DNA of 64,000 bases from Strigamia acuminata (Eukaryota). Below are positions 47,086 to 57,707 of the stretch, piece after piece. The translations under genes and the position numbers were made by a program. The first letter of the stretch is position 1; each line of letters begins with the position of its first letter. The notes beneath the pieces are model-generated. The model did no database searches, was not told where the DNA came from, and saw nothing but the letters and a program-made list of their open reading frames with translations. The stretch lies in NCBI GenBank assembly GCA_949358305.1, contig OX442314.1, forward strand, positions 32,116,001 through 32,180,000, read 5' to 3'.

Positions 47086-48267
47086 ATGACTAGTAACCAG
47101 CACTCGATGAACACACGCGGTAAGGAAAGAACTTGTTTGACCGGTAGAATAAGTTTAACCGGATTTGTGCCAGTTTCTAACGAAACTGGATTAGTAGAGG
47201 AAATAGTAAACCACGTGGTCGGTAATAGTGTTTCGAATGAAACAACGGAACCGATCAGAATTATAGATCCTAACTTGGTTCAGACTGAACTAAATTCTCC
47301 TGTGGAAGGAAATCTTCCATCGGATGGATCACATTTAGGTCCGACAGGACTTTTATTTTGTACTGATTATGGTTTGAATCCAAACCAATTCCGATCAATC
47401 GTCGAAATGGTGGATTTTGTTATGTTAAATAAACTACCTTTTAAAGGATCTAGATCTAGATCTCGTTCTTCCGCTAATTATGGATCTAACGATCCACGAT
47501 TAGGTTCGACTCCTTCGACACCAATTAGTCGGTATCGACAGAAAGCAAATCTTGATCCCGTTTGGGCTCATAGACATTTACCTTCACCCGAATCATCCTT
47601 GAACGATACTCAAGATGTAGTTACTAATGTAACAAACAAGAACGTACGAATTGCTAATTATGTGCGCGATTGTAGTGTTTTGCAAAATAATTTTAGATCG
47701 CGTTCGCGATCACCTCACTTTGGATTGTCTTCAGATGAATACATTAACATGGTGAAAAGTGTGTATACATTGTTGCAAAAGGGGCAGAGTACTTTCCAAA
47801 AGTATTCACTGAAAGCCGACGAGAGCGAGCTACTCCTCGCATTTATCAGGAAGGTGGCATCTATTAATTATATGCCGCTACAAAAAATGGTTCACGAATG
47901 TGTTCCAAGCTATTTGTTACACTTTACTCAGAATTGGTTTTGTGAAAATCAACATAAAATTTTCAATTGGAAAATATTCGAATACCTGTTCCGCGAACAA
48001 TTTGTAACAACACAGTTAGAAAGAACAGTACAGTTGATTTTAACAAAACAACGAGACTCAGAGAGTCTGTATTCCTTCATATACCGATTCTATAGAATGT
48101 GGAATTTACAAGGTTATTTAACCTCCAAAAGTGCGGTTGCACTATTTTTTGACAATCTCACTAGAGATAGTACCTATCTGTTACGCAAACAAAGAGTGCC
48201 AACTCATTGTTTAAAGAAAATTTATAAGGTAATCCGTAACAATGAAGCTTTATTTGGTGAAATCTAA
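47086..48267 (+). CDS. Gag-like (capsid-only) protein of element D, 393 aa from ATG 47086
   Basis: The C-terminal third fits the retrotransposon capsid pattern (NWF....KIFNWKIFEYLFREQF...KQRDSESLYSFIYRF). There is no zinc knuckle and no downstream protease. Confidence 0.75.
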   Translation: MTSNQHSMNTRGKERTCLTGRISLTGFVPVSNETGLVEEIVNHVVGNSVSNETTEPIRIIDPNLVQTELNSPVEGNLPSDGSHLGPTGLLFCTDYGLNPNQFRSIVEMVDFVMLNKLPFKGSRSRSRSSANYGSNDPRLGSTPSTPISRYRQKANLDPVWAHRHLPSPESSLNDTQDVVTNVTNKNVRIANYVRDCSVLQNNFRSRSRSPHFGLSSDEYINMVKSVYTLLQKGQSTFQKYSLKADESELLLAFIRKVASINYMPLQKMVHECVPSYLLHFTQNWFCENQHKIFNWKIFEYLFREQFVTTQLERTVQLILTKQRDSESLYSFIYRFYRMWNLQGYLTSKSAVALFFDNLTRDSTYLLRKQRVPTHCLKKIYKVIRNNEALFGEI

Positions 48268-48858
48268 AGATGAACCTATAAAAGACTATTTAGTAATTAA
48301 TTACAAAACAGTCTTACGAGTTTCATAACTGAAATTCTTAATAAAAGTGGATAAACTTGAAACAAACGTTTCTAATTTGTCTGAAGCAAAATGCTAGATC
48401 CGGGGGATAAAATATTATCCCACCAAAGTCAAAAGGTTTTAAATAAATCTCGATCACCGGAACTTTGAATAAAGCTTCGGTTGATAAAAGTTGAATTTAT
48501 TCAATAGAATAAAAAGTTTTTAATAAAAACTTGTGTGGTATTTAGATAAATACTTTAAGCGGTGTAGTGATTAATAAATCACACCACCGGGGGATAGTTT
48601 AAATCGGATACAAAATTCTAGGATTCTAGAAATGATGATAAATAAAAGAAGTTTTATTTCGGAACAAATATATTTTACGCTCGTAGAATAAATTGGTATT
48701 GTTTTCTAGAAGAAAATAAAATACGAGTTAGGTTACACGACTACAAATAAATATTTGTAGTAATTAGACAATAGTCTAGTTATTTGTGTAAGAGGTCCCC
48801 AGTTAAAGTAAAATTCAAGTCTCGGTCGAGGCTTGGGATATTAAGCAGCAAAAGAATT

Positions 48859-49678
48859 TGTCGCGTCCTACTTGGTATAGGTTTAAATAGCGCTAACGTG
48901 TAATACTTTACCTGTGATCAATTATGTAAATACCCAAATGAATACCAAATGTATGTAAATAAACAGGTAATTTATTCACCAGGCTTTATGCCTTTAAAAT
49001 ACACTCAGTAATAATTCTAGAGTCGACGTGGTCAGCGTCGAACAAAGGATTTCTCAAGATGGCGTCGTCGATTCCGCGTGGTCGGCGGAACAAAGGCGGC
49101 GTCTCGAGTTGTCGTTAATTCGTCACGGATTCGTCTTCACGGACGCGGTGGAATGCTCTTTCGAGTCTTCTATCCGTGCCTGTTGTCTAGGGTTTGTTTA
49201 GCGTCGCAGAGGCCTCGTCTAGGAACTTTGGGGTTCCCTACAAAGCACTCGGACACTTACTTCGGCGAATAATCGTCTGGGCGATTATTCTGGGTGATTT
49301 CACAAGGGCTATTCTCGTGCTTTCGCAGGAATAGCTCGCAAGTGACTTCGTGAGAGTTACAGTTTGCACTTTACTCAGCGATCCTCGATCAATCCTAACT
49401 TGTAGTTGAAGTTGGCCTGACGGTGAGGTAGTTGCTGTGTTCTTGGTGTCGTTTGTGTAAGTTCTGTCTTTAGGCGGGAAACACAGCCTTTTATGCAGTG
49501 GGGTGAAGGGCCGGCGATCAACCAATGGGGGCTGACCACCAGCCGCTTCCTCCCCCTCGGGGCACACACCTGCCATGGGGAGGTGGAGCCAACTCGGGGG
49601 GGAACGACTCTTTAATCATAGTGACTCATAGGACAAGTATCCGCCCTGGGGGGACACTTATCCAACTGGGTCACCACA
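48859..49678 (-). repeat. Element C 3' LTR
   Basis: Direct repeat of 60909-61728; no difference seen by eye. Confidence 0.95.
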
Positions 49679-49725
49679 CGTCCCTCCTCCAGCTTCGATC
49701 TCGGATCGGAGCGATCTCAATTTTC

Positions 49726-52700
49726 TCATCGCTCTCCTCTGCGAAGAGCCGGCAGCACTCCTCTGCATGGGCGGAGGATCACGGGTGGCACTGCCGGTGG
49801 CGGCGGTGGTAAATCCGGGGGCAGAGAGGTTGTCAGATCCGCAGGATTTTGTCGCTCGTTGATGAAGTACTGCGGGTGACTGCCGGCTGGCTCGCCAACC
49901 AACCCCGTACGCTCATGGATCCAAATCCGGGTAGACGCGGGGAATCGATCGGGGACGAGTCGGATCCTTCGCGACTCGGCGCTCGATCCGGGTTTCCTGT
50001 GGGCCCGTAGGATACGGCGATGGAAGACGGCGTCCATGGTGGATCGGGCTTCTCTGTTTAGCCATTTGAGGATTGATTCGCCGTGATCGTCGGAGTCAAT
50101 GATGCGTTGTCGCGTGAACTCCGACATCTGAAGGAAGGGGTATTCCACTCCCAGCCTCAAATAAAGCTGCGCTGCTGGGGGCGGCGGAGGCGATGGTGGG
50201 AGCGGAATCTCCATTGGGCTCTCCAACGGTGGCGTAGCCGGCTCTGCAGAGAGAGCGGCCAGCCCTGCCGCTGGTGGTGAAGGAGAGGGCAGCGGAGGAG
50301 TTCGGGGTCCTCGCTTGGAACGCTTCGGAATCAATATGGGTCGATTCGCGTGTCGCTTCTCCTTCGGGAATACCGGCTTTGGGGTCGGTATGTATGGTTG
50401 GACCGCCGCCTCTGGGGGGGCGGTCTCGATGGCCTGTGGAAGGCTCGCCGCCGTTCCCGGTATCTCCGGAACCTCCCGAATTGTTCGCAACAAGGAAGGG
50501 TGGACTCCGGGGTTCCGGTAGCGGAATGCCAACGAACGCATCTTTGAAAACTGTAGGCCTGGGTTTTCCGTATTTCTGGCCAGGTCGAAGCGCAGCGAGG
50601 CGGGCTCAGGAGTCCATCCGGCCCATACCTGGTACAACGCCCGAGGAAGGTGAACTCCCTCACGGTCGACGATTGTCCAGGCCGCCATAGCTTGCCGACT
50701 GTCCAAGAAGACGCCCAGGGATAGCAGCTGGGCCAGTACGTTCGTCACAGCCAAATTCAAACTGCTCCGATGGCAGGGGTGAGCGCGGTCCGGATTGTCA
50801 CTGAATTGCTGTGACAACGTCCGCATCTGTTCGATCGCCCAGTTGATGTGGTGAGTTTGGGCGGCGTCGGCCTGTCGTATGGCCAACTCGGCAATCGCGG
50901 GGTTCTCGTATTCGGCCAGATATTCTTGTAACTCGCTGAGTGGGGGATAGGCCGCTTCACGCCGGCATCGAGCGTCCATCTCTCGCTGGGCGTACCATTC
51001 GGCGTTGCGATAAGGTCGACACACTCGTGGCGTTGGGGGTGACGGTGGACGGCCCAGCCCGGGTAGATTATCGTATCTGACCCGCTTCGGAGCTGGATCC
51101 CCCACCGGAATCATCCGGGGAGGGGTCCAAGCGGTCACGGCTGGGTTTGTACCCTCGAGGAGTGGCGGCCATCGCGATTGCACTTGTGGGGGCACAAGCG
51201 CGGTGGGCACAGCCGGTGTTGAGCCCGACGGCCGGTTGGCCGCGTATCCTCGGAAGGCGTTCTTCAATGCTACGGCCAGATCCTGTTTTGTAACCGGCCC
51301 ATCTTTGTCCGACTCATCTGGGGACATTTGCTCTTCCGTCAACTCTCCCAAATCAATCTCTGCTTGGCGCCTGGACGGTCCAGCCGTGGGTCCGAGACTC
51401 TGGGGTTCGGACCGTTTCGCGGCGGCCATCTCTCGCTCCTTCTCTAATCCCTTAGCTATCAGGGATTGTGCTCGCAACTTCTGACGTACTTTGCGCTTTC
51501 GATTCCTCCGGGTGCTGGCTGCGACGGATCTTCGTTGGGCCGTCCTCTGGGGGACGTCCGTCGGAGAATTCGGTCTCTGGTGTGATGAGACGGTTCGTCG
51601 CGACGAGGATTGATCTGACGACTGTGTGGTAATCGCCATGAACAACGAGGATCTTTTCTTTCCTCGATCTTGGTGTGTCTCGGTCCTCGCAGCCCAGTGG
51701 GCGGAAGATTCGACTGTTCGCTCAGCCCGCGCGTCGTCTGGCGAGGCAGGCTCGAGCGTTACTACTCGGCGACACTCCGAGCGCACGACAACTCGAGTTC
51801 GGGAACTGGAGCTGCTCGAGCGGCTGCGGTAGTCGCGGCTCGTTGACGGGCCGGCCTCTATTGGGGAGACGGCCTGTCTTCTTCGTGCGGGTCCGCGTGG
51901 GGCGGACTCCGCCGGACGCTTCGATCTTCTGTGATGGCGGCGACTTCCCAGGATACCAGCGTGGTATAACTGCCACATCTCAGACTGCGTGGCCGTAAAA
52001 TTCGCCGGCGGTATCCATCTGGGTGTCAGATGATTTTCTTCGATGTCGCGAAGCCATCTACGGATTTCTTCGGGGGAGAAACCGTTTCTCTCGAGAACTC
52101 GGGTTACTCCGTGAGTCTCGGTGCGCTTTAAGCGTTTGATCTCGTCGTCCACTATTCTCTGGCGGGCTGCCAAGGTCGGGGCCTCGCTCCACCTATGGGA
52201 GGTGTGCAGCTCGGCCACCGTGCCTGGGTAAGCCTCTTCCAGGTACCCGGAGTAAACGGGGCTCGGCGGATCCGCATCGGGTGGGATCCGCGGCCCCACT
52301 CGCTCCCTCATCTCCTTCGTCATGCACTCGACCAGCGTTTTTGATCGCTCGAATTTTTCCTCGAGGGTCCTGGAATACATCAATCGGATTTTCCAGGCGC
52401 TGGTCTCTGCAGGATAGGCCTGCCGCAGGTAAATCGGCAGGGCTCCGCGAAAGATGTTGTTGGCGGTTGACGCCGTCGGAGGCAGGGCGTCCCACGATTC
52501 TAGCGGGTCGACCTGAATAATTTTAGATCACAAGATTAATATAATAAATCCCAGTTAACGATGGGGATCAGAAATATGCTCAAGATCGACGGTGGCAGCA
52601 ACTCCTTTCTTTTGTTGCGGCCGTCGGTCTTATTTTCTTGTTTCGCAGTTCTGCGATGATCTCCGCCGTCGTAGCGCTGATCCAACACTACTTTTGAACT

Positions 52701-53190
52701 CAGGTGATCCGCTTTTTTGGAAGGGGTCGCAGGCAAAACCGATCGTTAAATTTTAATTTCTTACGTTAAACTTTTTTATTTTAACTCTAATCGTATTTTA
52801 ATTTATTACGATGTTTAAATTTAAAAGAAAGAAAACCTTTAGTTTTGGTTTTGGTTTGCCACGACGCCATTCCGCGAACACTTCCTTTGTTCTAGTTTTT
52901 TGGCGGCCTTGACTCCGAGGTGAATCTGGGTCCACTCTCGGGTTTTTAGCCAGCCTTAAATCAACAATAAAACAGAAAGAAATATATCAGTCACAAGTCA
53001 CGCTCCAATCTGGGTTGGATGCAACAGATTCAAAGAATTATGTGATTTCTCTGGGGAAATCACACTAATTTACCTGCAACGGCGGTTGTTCGTCCCAATT
53101 CTCATCTTCTTCTGCATTTACGATTAGGCCGTCGCTCTCGTCTCTCGACGATGCGCTCGGCTCTAATCGTGGGTTGCGTCGATCGGCCAT
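49726..53190 (-). CDS. Element C ORF3: predicted two-exon accessory gene (53074-53190 + 49726-52512; 967 aa) of unknown function
   Basis: The 885-aa ORF extends upstream to the acceptor TTATTCAG|GTC at 52513. An upstream 39-codon ATG exon ends in CAG|GTAAAT, and both junctions are phase 0. The C-terminal half is homologous to the Pol extension of element B. Confidence 0.8.
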
Positions 53191-53570
53191 TTCAATTTAG
53201 GAAAGAGAAGTTTTTGTTTGAGAGGTCTTTGTTTTCTCTTTGGGGAGAAGCAAAAAACACGTCTCGTCGTGTTAAAAACAGTCGGAAACTGGGCCTATCG
53301 ACGCTGAGAATTGTGGGTCTCGAACGCGTCTCGTATTTTGCGAGATCCGCCGTGCTGGCAATGACGCTACGGGGTCGACCGCGTGGTTTCGTTGTCACGT
53401 GGTCGCCCGATACGTCATAACTTCTCGTCTGTTAGTGGTGACTGCGACAATTCGTTGCGAAGTTTGGACTTAGCCAAATTTTCGCGTCTCAACATGTGCA
53501 GCAGCTCTCGTAAGTAAATCTTTTTATTTTACAAGGCCTCCGCTCCATGTTATCACATTTTCTTTTATTT

Positions 53571-56500
53571 TTAGTTCTTCCCCACGACTTTGCCGTCCCG
53601 AATGAACGGATTATTGCTTCGTCGTGGTCGAAGGTTGATTTTCGACGTGCTCGTAGATCGTGACTCTACTTGCTCGTTCATCTCCGATGTGTTGGCATTT
53701 TTCTCATTATTAATTTTTTTATTTTCCATTTCAGAAGTACATTCTTCTGCTTCCTCCCTCTCCGAAATTGCTTGCTCCGGCTGAGTTGGAGCCTCGTCGG
53801 CTGGGGATTCGGCGTCGAAGAATTCATCCTCGTTTTCCGCTATATTTTCAGCTTCATTTGTTTTTTGGAACGTGTCGACCACGGTGCCCCCTTGGCCGCT
53901 GTGTGTCTGACCTTCCAGCCAAATTTCCTGTGGAAATTCTGGCAGATATGGCCTTAAATCTCGGCCATGTATCGACTGAAAATTTTTGTTGTCCTCTAGG
54001 CGGCGTAGTTGGTATGCGTTGCCTCCGTGTTCGGCCACAATTACGTAGGGACCGTCCCTCTTGTCGGCTAAACCGGCGGCGATGCCCCTCGCTGCATTGG
54101 ACAACGTGTGTGCCTCCTTCCACACTAGATCATTCACTTTAAAGTTCGCGAAAGCGAGATCGCCTTCTTTATCTGCGATTCTCTCTCTCATGTTGAAAAT
54201 ATGCGCCATCATATGCTGGTACGTGTCGGATATAGTCTGTTCCAACCGGCACACGTACTCATGTGGGCTCGACGGGTCTAATACGTTAACAGCTTCGGCA
54301 ACGCGTGGGTCCCATGGCATCCTTAATTCGCGGGCGAAGTTGAGGTACGCCGGTGAGAATTCGCGTGTTCGTGACACGGTTGAGCGAATGCTGAAAGCGA
54401 TTTCTCGCAGGTATTCGTCCCATCGATTGTGAATGTCGGTGAATACTGTCAGCGCATATTTTATATCTTTATTTAATCTCTCGACTGGGTTTGTCTGAGG
54501 ATTATATGTGGAGGTGTTCGATGCATCCATTTTAAATTTCCTACAGAAGTCCTTATATATTCTTGATCGGAATTGGGGGCCGTTATCCGAAATGAGTTTT
54601 CTGGGAAACCCAAATCGCATTGCCACGTCGTAAAGGCACTCGACTATGTTTTCAGCCGAGGGCTTCGCGAGGGCGTACAGCTCCGGCCATCGGGTGGCCA
54701 CGTCCATAATTACGAGAATATACATGTTCTTGTTTCCCGTTGTGGGCTTGGGGCCCATCAAGTCTATGCTTAAGCAGTCAAACGGTGCGTAGGGTCCGAG
54801 AGACATGGCGTTTCTGGCTACTTTATCTCGCGGTCTGCATGCTTGGCACCGGGGGCAGTGTCGGATAAATTTCGTTATCTTTTGCCGCGCGCCCGGCCAG
54901 AAGAAAAGTTGTTTTACTCGATAAAGGGTCCTCGCCACGCCAGAATGGCTGGCGAGCGGGTGTCCGTGCATCAGCCACAACAGTCGGGTGTGCAGTGATG
55001 CCGGCACGACCACTTTAACCGAGTTTCCCGCTCCGCTGAGGTCATCTTGAAACGTCGGGTGGTATTTTACCAGGAGTTCATCATCTATGAGGTAGCTTGT
55101 TGCTTCTTTGACGAACTGTTTCCGGCGGTGTGGGTTTGTCATCCCTTCCGGAAATTCGCCGTTCAGCAAATATTGCGTTATAATTTGACATTTTGTGTCT
55201 GCTGCCTGGTGTTCGACGAACTCACGTCTCGTGGGTGGAGCGTATTGTGTTTTTTCTTCAATTTTTGCTGTGAAGGCGCGTAGTAGTGTTTTGTGGGTTT
55301 CTCCGGGGGGCGGAGATTGAATTTCGGATGTTGAATTGTTTGTCCCAGCTGGCTGGTATGTTCGAGTCCAAAAACCACAAAACGTTCTATCTTCAGGCTC
55401 CATCACTGGTAGCTCGTTCGCCTTTCGCAAACGCCATATTCTCCGTGGAGTCGGGCAGTACAAGAGGTGGGTGTCGTCCTCGCCGTCGTCGTCTGGTCCT
55501 TGGGGGTCAGAGGCTGGGGCTCTCGAGAGGGCGTCGGCCACATGATTGTACTTCCCGGGGCGGTACGTAATTGTTATATCGCACGCCATTAACTCCAGTT
55601 GCCATCGTGCGAGTCGGCCGGAGGGTTCCTTGAGCTTCATCAACCAGCTTAGTGCCTGGTGATCTGTCTGAACCTCGAAGTTCGTGTACTCCAGATAGTC
55701 GCGAAATTTCCGAACTGCCCAAATTACGGCTAGGCATTCTAGTTCCGTTGCCGTATAATTTTTCTCCGCGCCCTGTATTTTTCTGCTTATAAACATACAG
55801 GGTACTTCTTGCGAGATTCCGTTGTACACGTGGGTCTGCAGAAGGGCTGCACCCAGTCCGATTTTACTCGCGTCGGTGTGCAACACGAACGGTCGGTTTA
55901 GGTCCGGCAATGGCATCTTTTCGACGTCAGCCAGCATTTGCTTGATAGTGCTAAATGCGGCCTCGCACTGGACCGTCCACTCAAACTCTTTATCCGTTCG
56001 TAAGAGATCCGTTATAGGCGCGGCCACTTCAGCCAGACCAGAGAGTAGTCGGCCGAAGAAATTGACCATGCCCATGAATCTCTGGACACCTTTTATATCT
56101 TCGGGGGCGGGGAATCCGTTTATTGCTTTGACTTTTTCGGGGTCAATCGCGATTCCCTCGACTCCTATTCGATATCCTAGGAAGGCAAGCTCTTTCCTGC
56201 AAAACTTGCTCTTCCCTGGATGGATGTGGAGTCCTGCCTTGGCTAGGCGAGAGACCACTCTATCGATGTGGTCTATGTGTTCTTCGAATGTGTCCGACGT
56301 TATTATGATGTCGTCGAGATACGCCCACACGAAGTCGTGCAGCATATCTCCCAACACGCTTTCGATCAGTTTCTGGAACGTGCTCGGGGCGTTTACAAGC
56401 CCGAACGGCATCACGTTGAACATTAGTCTTCCTATCGGGGAGTAGAAAGCCGTTTTCAGTTTGTCTTCGGGTTTTAGCTCCACTTGCCAATACCCCTTTG

Positions 56501-57602
56501 ACAGGTCCATGGTGGTTACCCACTTGAACGGGCTCAGTTCCCGGAGGATCGAGTCTATAGACGGCATCTGAATCGGGTCTATAACCGTTATCGCGTTCAG
56601 GGGGCGATAATCAATGCATAGTCGAGGTTCCGAGCCTGGACGCATCACCAGGACGATCCGCATGGCGTATTCGCCCAGGGCTTGCGTTACTATGCCCTTG
56701 TCGAGCATGTCTTGGCACATTTGCGTCACGATGTCTCTTTTCTGGGGGTTCATCCCCTTGTAAGGCACTCGAATCGGCTTGTCTGTGGTTAAGACTATTT
56801 CGTGTGTTGCTTCCGTCGTTCGACCAGGTGTCTTGGTCAGAATTCTTTCATGCTTTCGAAGCACTCGCCTTAGTAGCGATGCCTCGTTAACACGCAGTGC
56901 TGCCTCCTCGACCAGGGTGTCCACGACGTTACTCCTCTGTAATTCCAGAGTGAAGGCTGCGAAATCGTAATCTTGGACGAATTTTCGCAATCCTCTTCCG
57001 TATTCCTCTTTGTCCTTGGCTTCGTCCAGTAATTTTTGGGGAACTACGGGGACTGATCGTTCTCCCTCGGGACTTATCCAGTTCCATGAACGGGTTATCG
57101 GGTTTGGCTGAATTTTCAGTTTCGCCATGATGTCCATCCCTAGGAGGAATACTTTGTCGTGGGATGGCAAGACTATGAAGGGGTGGGACAGGTTCCCCCC
57201 CGTCCAGTCGATCATGATGCGAACTACGCCCTTCGGCTTGACGTAGCCGTTGGCGGTGAGCAATTCTACGTTCGCGTTCACTTGTGCCACCTTCTTTCCA
57301 ATATCCAAGTCTTTTACTATATCTTCGGATATGAATGAACGATCCGCTCCTGAATCCAGTAGACCGAACAATTTTTGGTTTTCTATCTCCACTGGCAGCA
57401 TACACAGAGTTTCGCAATGTGCTTTCGTGACATTGCAGTGAAATACGCGTAATGTCTGGGGCTCAACCTCCAGATTGAACGGAAGGTCCGTCCAATCCAT
57501 GTCGACCTCCGGTTTCGTTCTCACTTGCATACTCGTTAACGTCACTTTTTCCTCCTTCTTCGGAACGATCTGTATGCGGTCTTTGATCTGTGCCTCTGCC
57601 AA
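53571..57602 (-). CDS. pol: Element C Pol (PR-RT-RNase H-IN), -1 frame relative to gag
   Basis: LLDSGA, YLDD, LHTDAS, HHCC, SDNG and GPY motifs; strongly similar to element B Pol. The frame is open up to the slippery site at 57701-57707. Confidence 0.96.
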   Translation of the reverse strand: MAEAQIKDRIQIVPKKEEKVTLTSMQVRTKPEVDMDWTDLPFNLEVEPQTLRVFHCNVTKAHCETLCMLPVEIENQKLFGLLDSGADRSFISEDIVKDLDIGKKVAQVNANVELLTANGYVKPKGVVRIMIDWTGGNLSHPFIVLPSHDKVFLLGMDIMAKLKIQPNPITRSWNWISPEGERSVPVVPQKLLDEAKDKEEYGRGLRKFVQDYDFAAFTLELQRSNVVDTLVEEAALRVNEASLLRRVLRKHERILTKTPGRTTEATHEIVLTTDKPIRVPYKGMNPQKRDIVTQMCQDMLDKGIVTQALGEYAMRIVLVMRPGSEPRLCIDYRPLNAITVIDPIQMPSIDSILRELSPFKWVTTMDLSKGYWQVELKPEDKLKTAFYSPIGRLMFNVMPFGLVNAPSTFQKLIESVLGDMLHDFVWAYLDDIIITSDTFEEHIDHIDRVVSRLAKAGLHIHPGKSKFCRKELAFLGYRIGVEGIAIDPEKVKAINGFPAPEDIKGVQRFMGMVNFFGRLLSGLAEVAAPITDLLRTDKEFEWTVQCEAAFSTIKQMLADVEKMPLPDLNRPFVLHTDASKIGLGAALLQTHVYNGISQEVPCMFISRKIQGAEKNYTATELECLAVIWAVRKFRDYLEYTNFEVQTDHQALSWLMKLKEPSGRLARWQLELMACDITITYRPGKYNHVADALSRAPASDPQGPDDDGEDDTHLLYCPTPRRIWRLRKANELPVMEPEDRTFCGFWTRTYQPAGTNNSTSEIQSPPPGETHKTLLRAFTAKIEEKTQYAPPTRREFVEHQAADTKCQIITQYLLNGEFPEGMTNPHRRKQFVKEATSYLIDDELLVKYHPTFQDDLSGAGNSVKVVVPASLHTRLLWLMHGHPLASHSGVARTLYRVKQLFFWPGARQKITKFIRHCPRCQACRPRDKVARNAMSLGPYAPFDCLSIDLMGPKPTTGNKNMYILVIMDVATRWPELYALAKPSAENIVECLYDVAMRFGFPRKLISDNGPQFRSRIYKDFCRKFKMDASNTSTYNPQTNPVERLNKDIKYALTVFTDIHNRWDEYLREIAFSIRSTVSRTREFSPAYLNFARELRMPWDPRVAEAVNVLDPSSPHEYVCRLEQTISDTYQHMMAHIFNMRERIADKEGDLAFANFKVNDLVWKEAHTLSNAARGIAAGLADKRDGPYVIVAEHGGNAYQLRRLEDNKNFQSIHGRDLRPYLPEFPQEIWLEGQTHSGQGGTVVDTFQKTNEAENIAENEDEFFDAESPADEAPTQPEQAISEREEAEECTSEMENKKINNEKNANTSEMNEQVESRSTSTSKINLRPRRSNNPFIRDGKVVGKN

Positions 57603-57655
57603 GGCATGACCTGCGGGTCCAGTGTGATATTTCTTCTTTTTAATTTCCGCGGCTG

Positions 57656-57707
57656 GCGCAGACGAAGCTGAATTTATTTTGGCGACGCCTGCGCTTGGAA
57701 GTTTTTT
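57656..57707 (-). promoter_or_regulatory. -1 ribosomal frameshift signal of element C
   Basis: A_AAA_AAC, 6-nt spacer, stem GCGCAGGCG...CGTCTGCGC. Confidence 0.8.

Noticed and set aside
49726..52383. ORF3 as env
   Set aside because: No signal peptide or transmembrane anchor is visible, and the homologous module is fused to integrase in element B.
53192..53398. 68-aa ORF upstream of ORF3 exon 1
   Set aside because: It has a non-ATG start and no homology seen, and it overlaps the putative promoter or 5' UTR.
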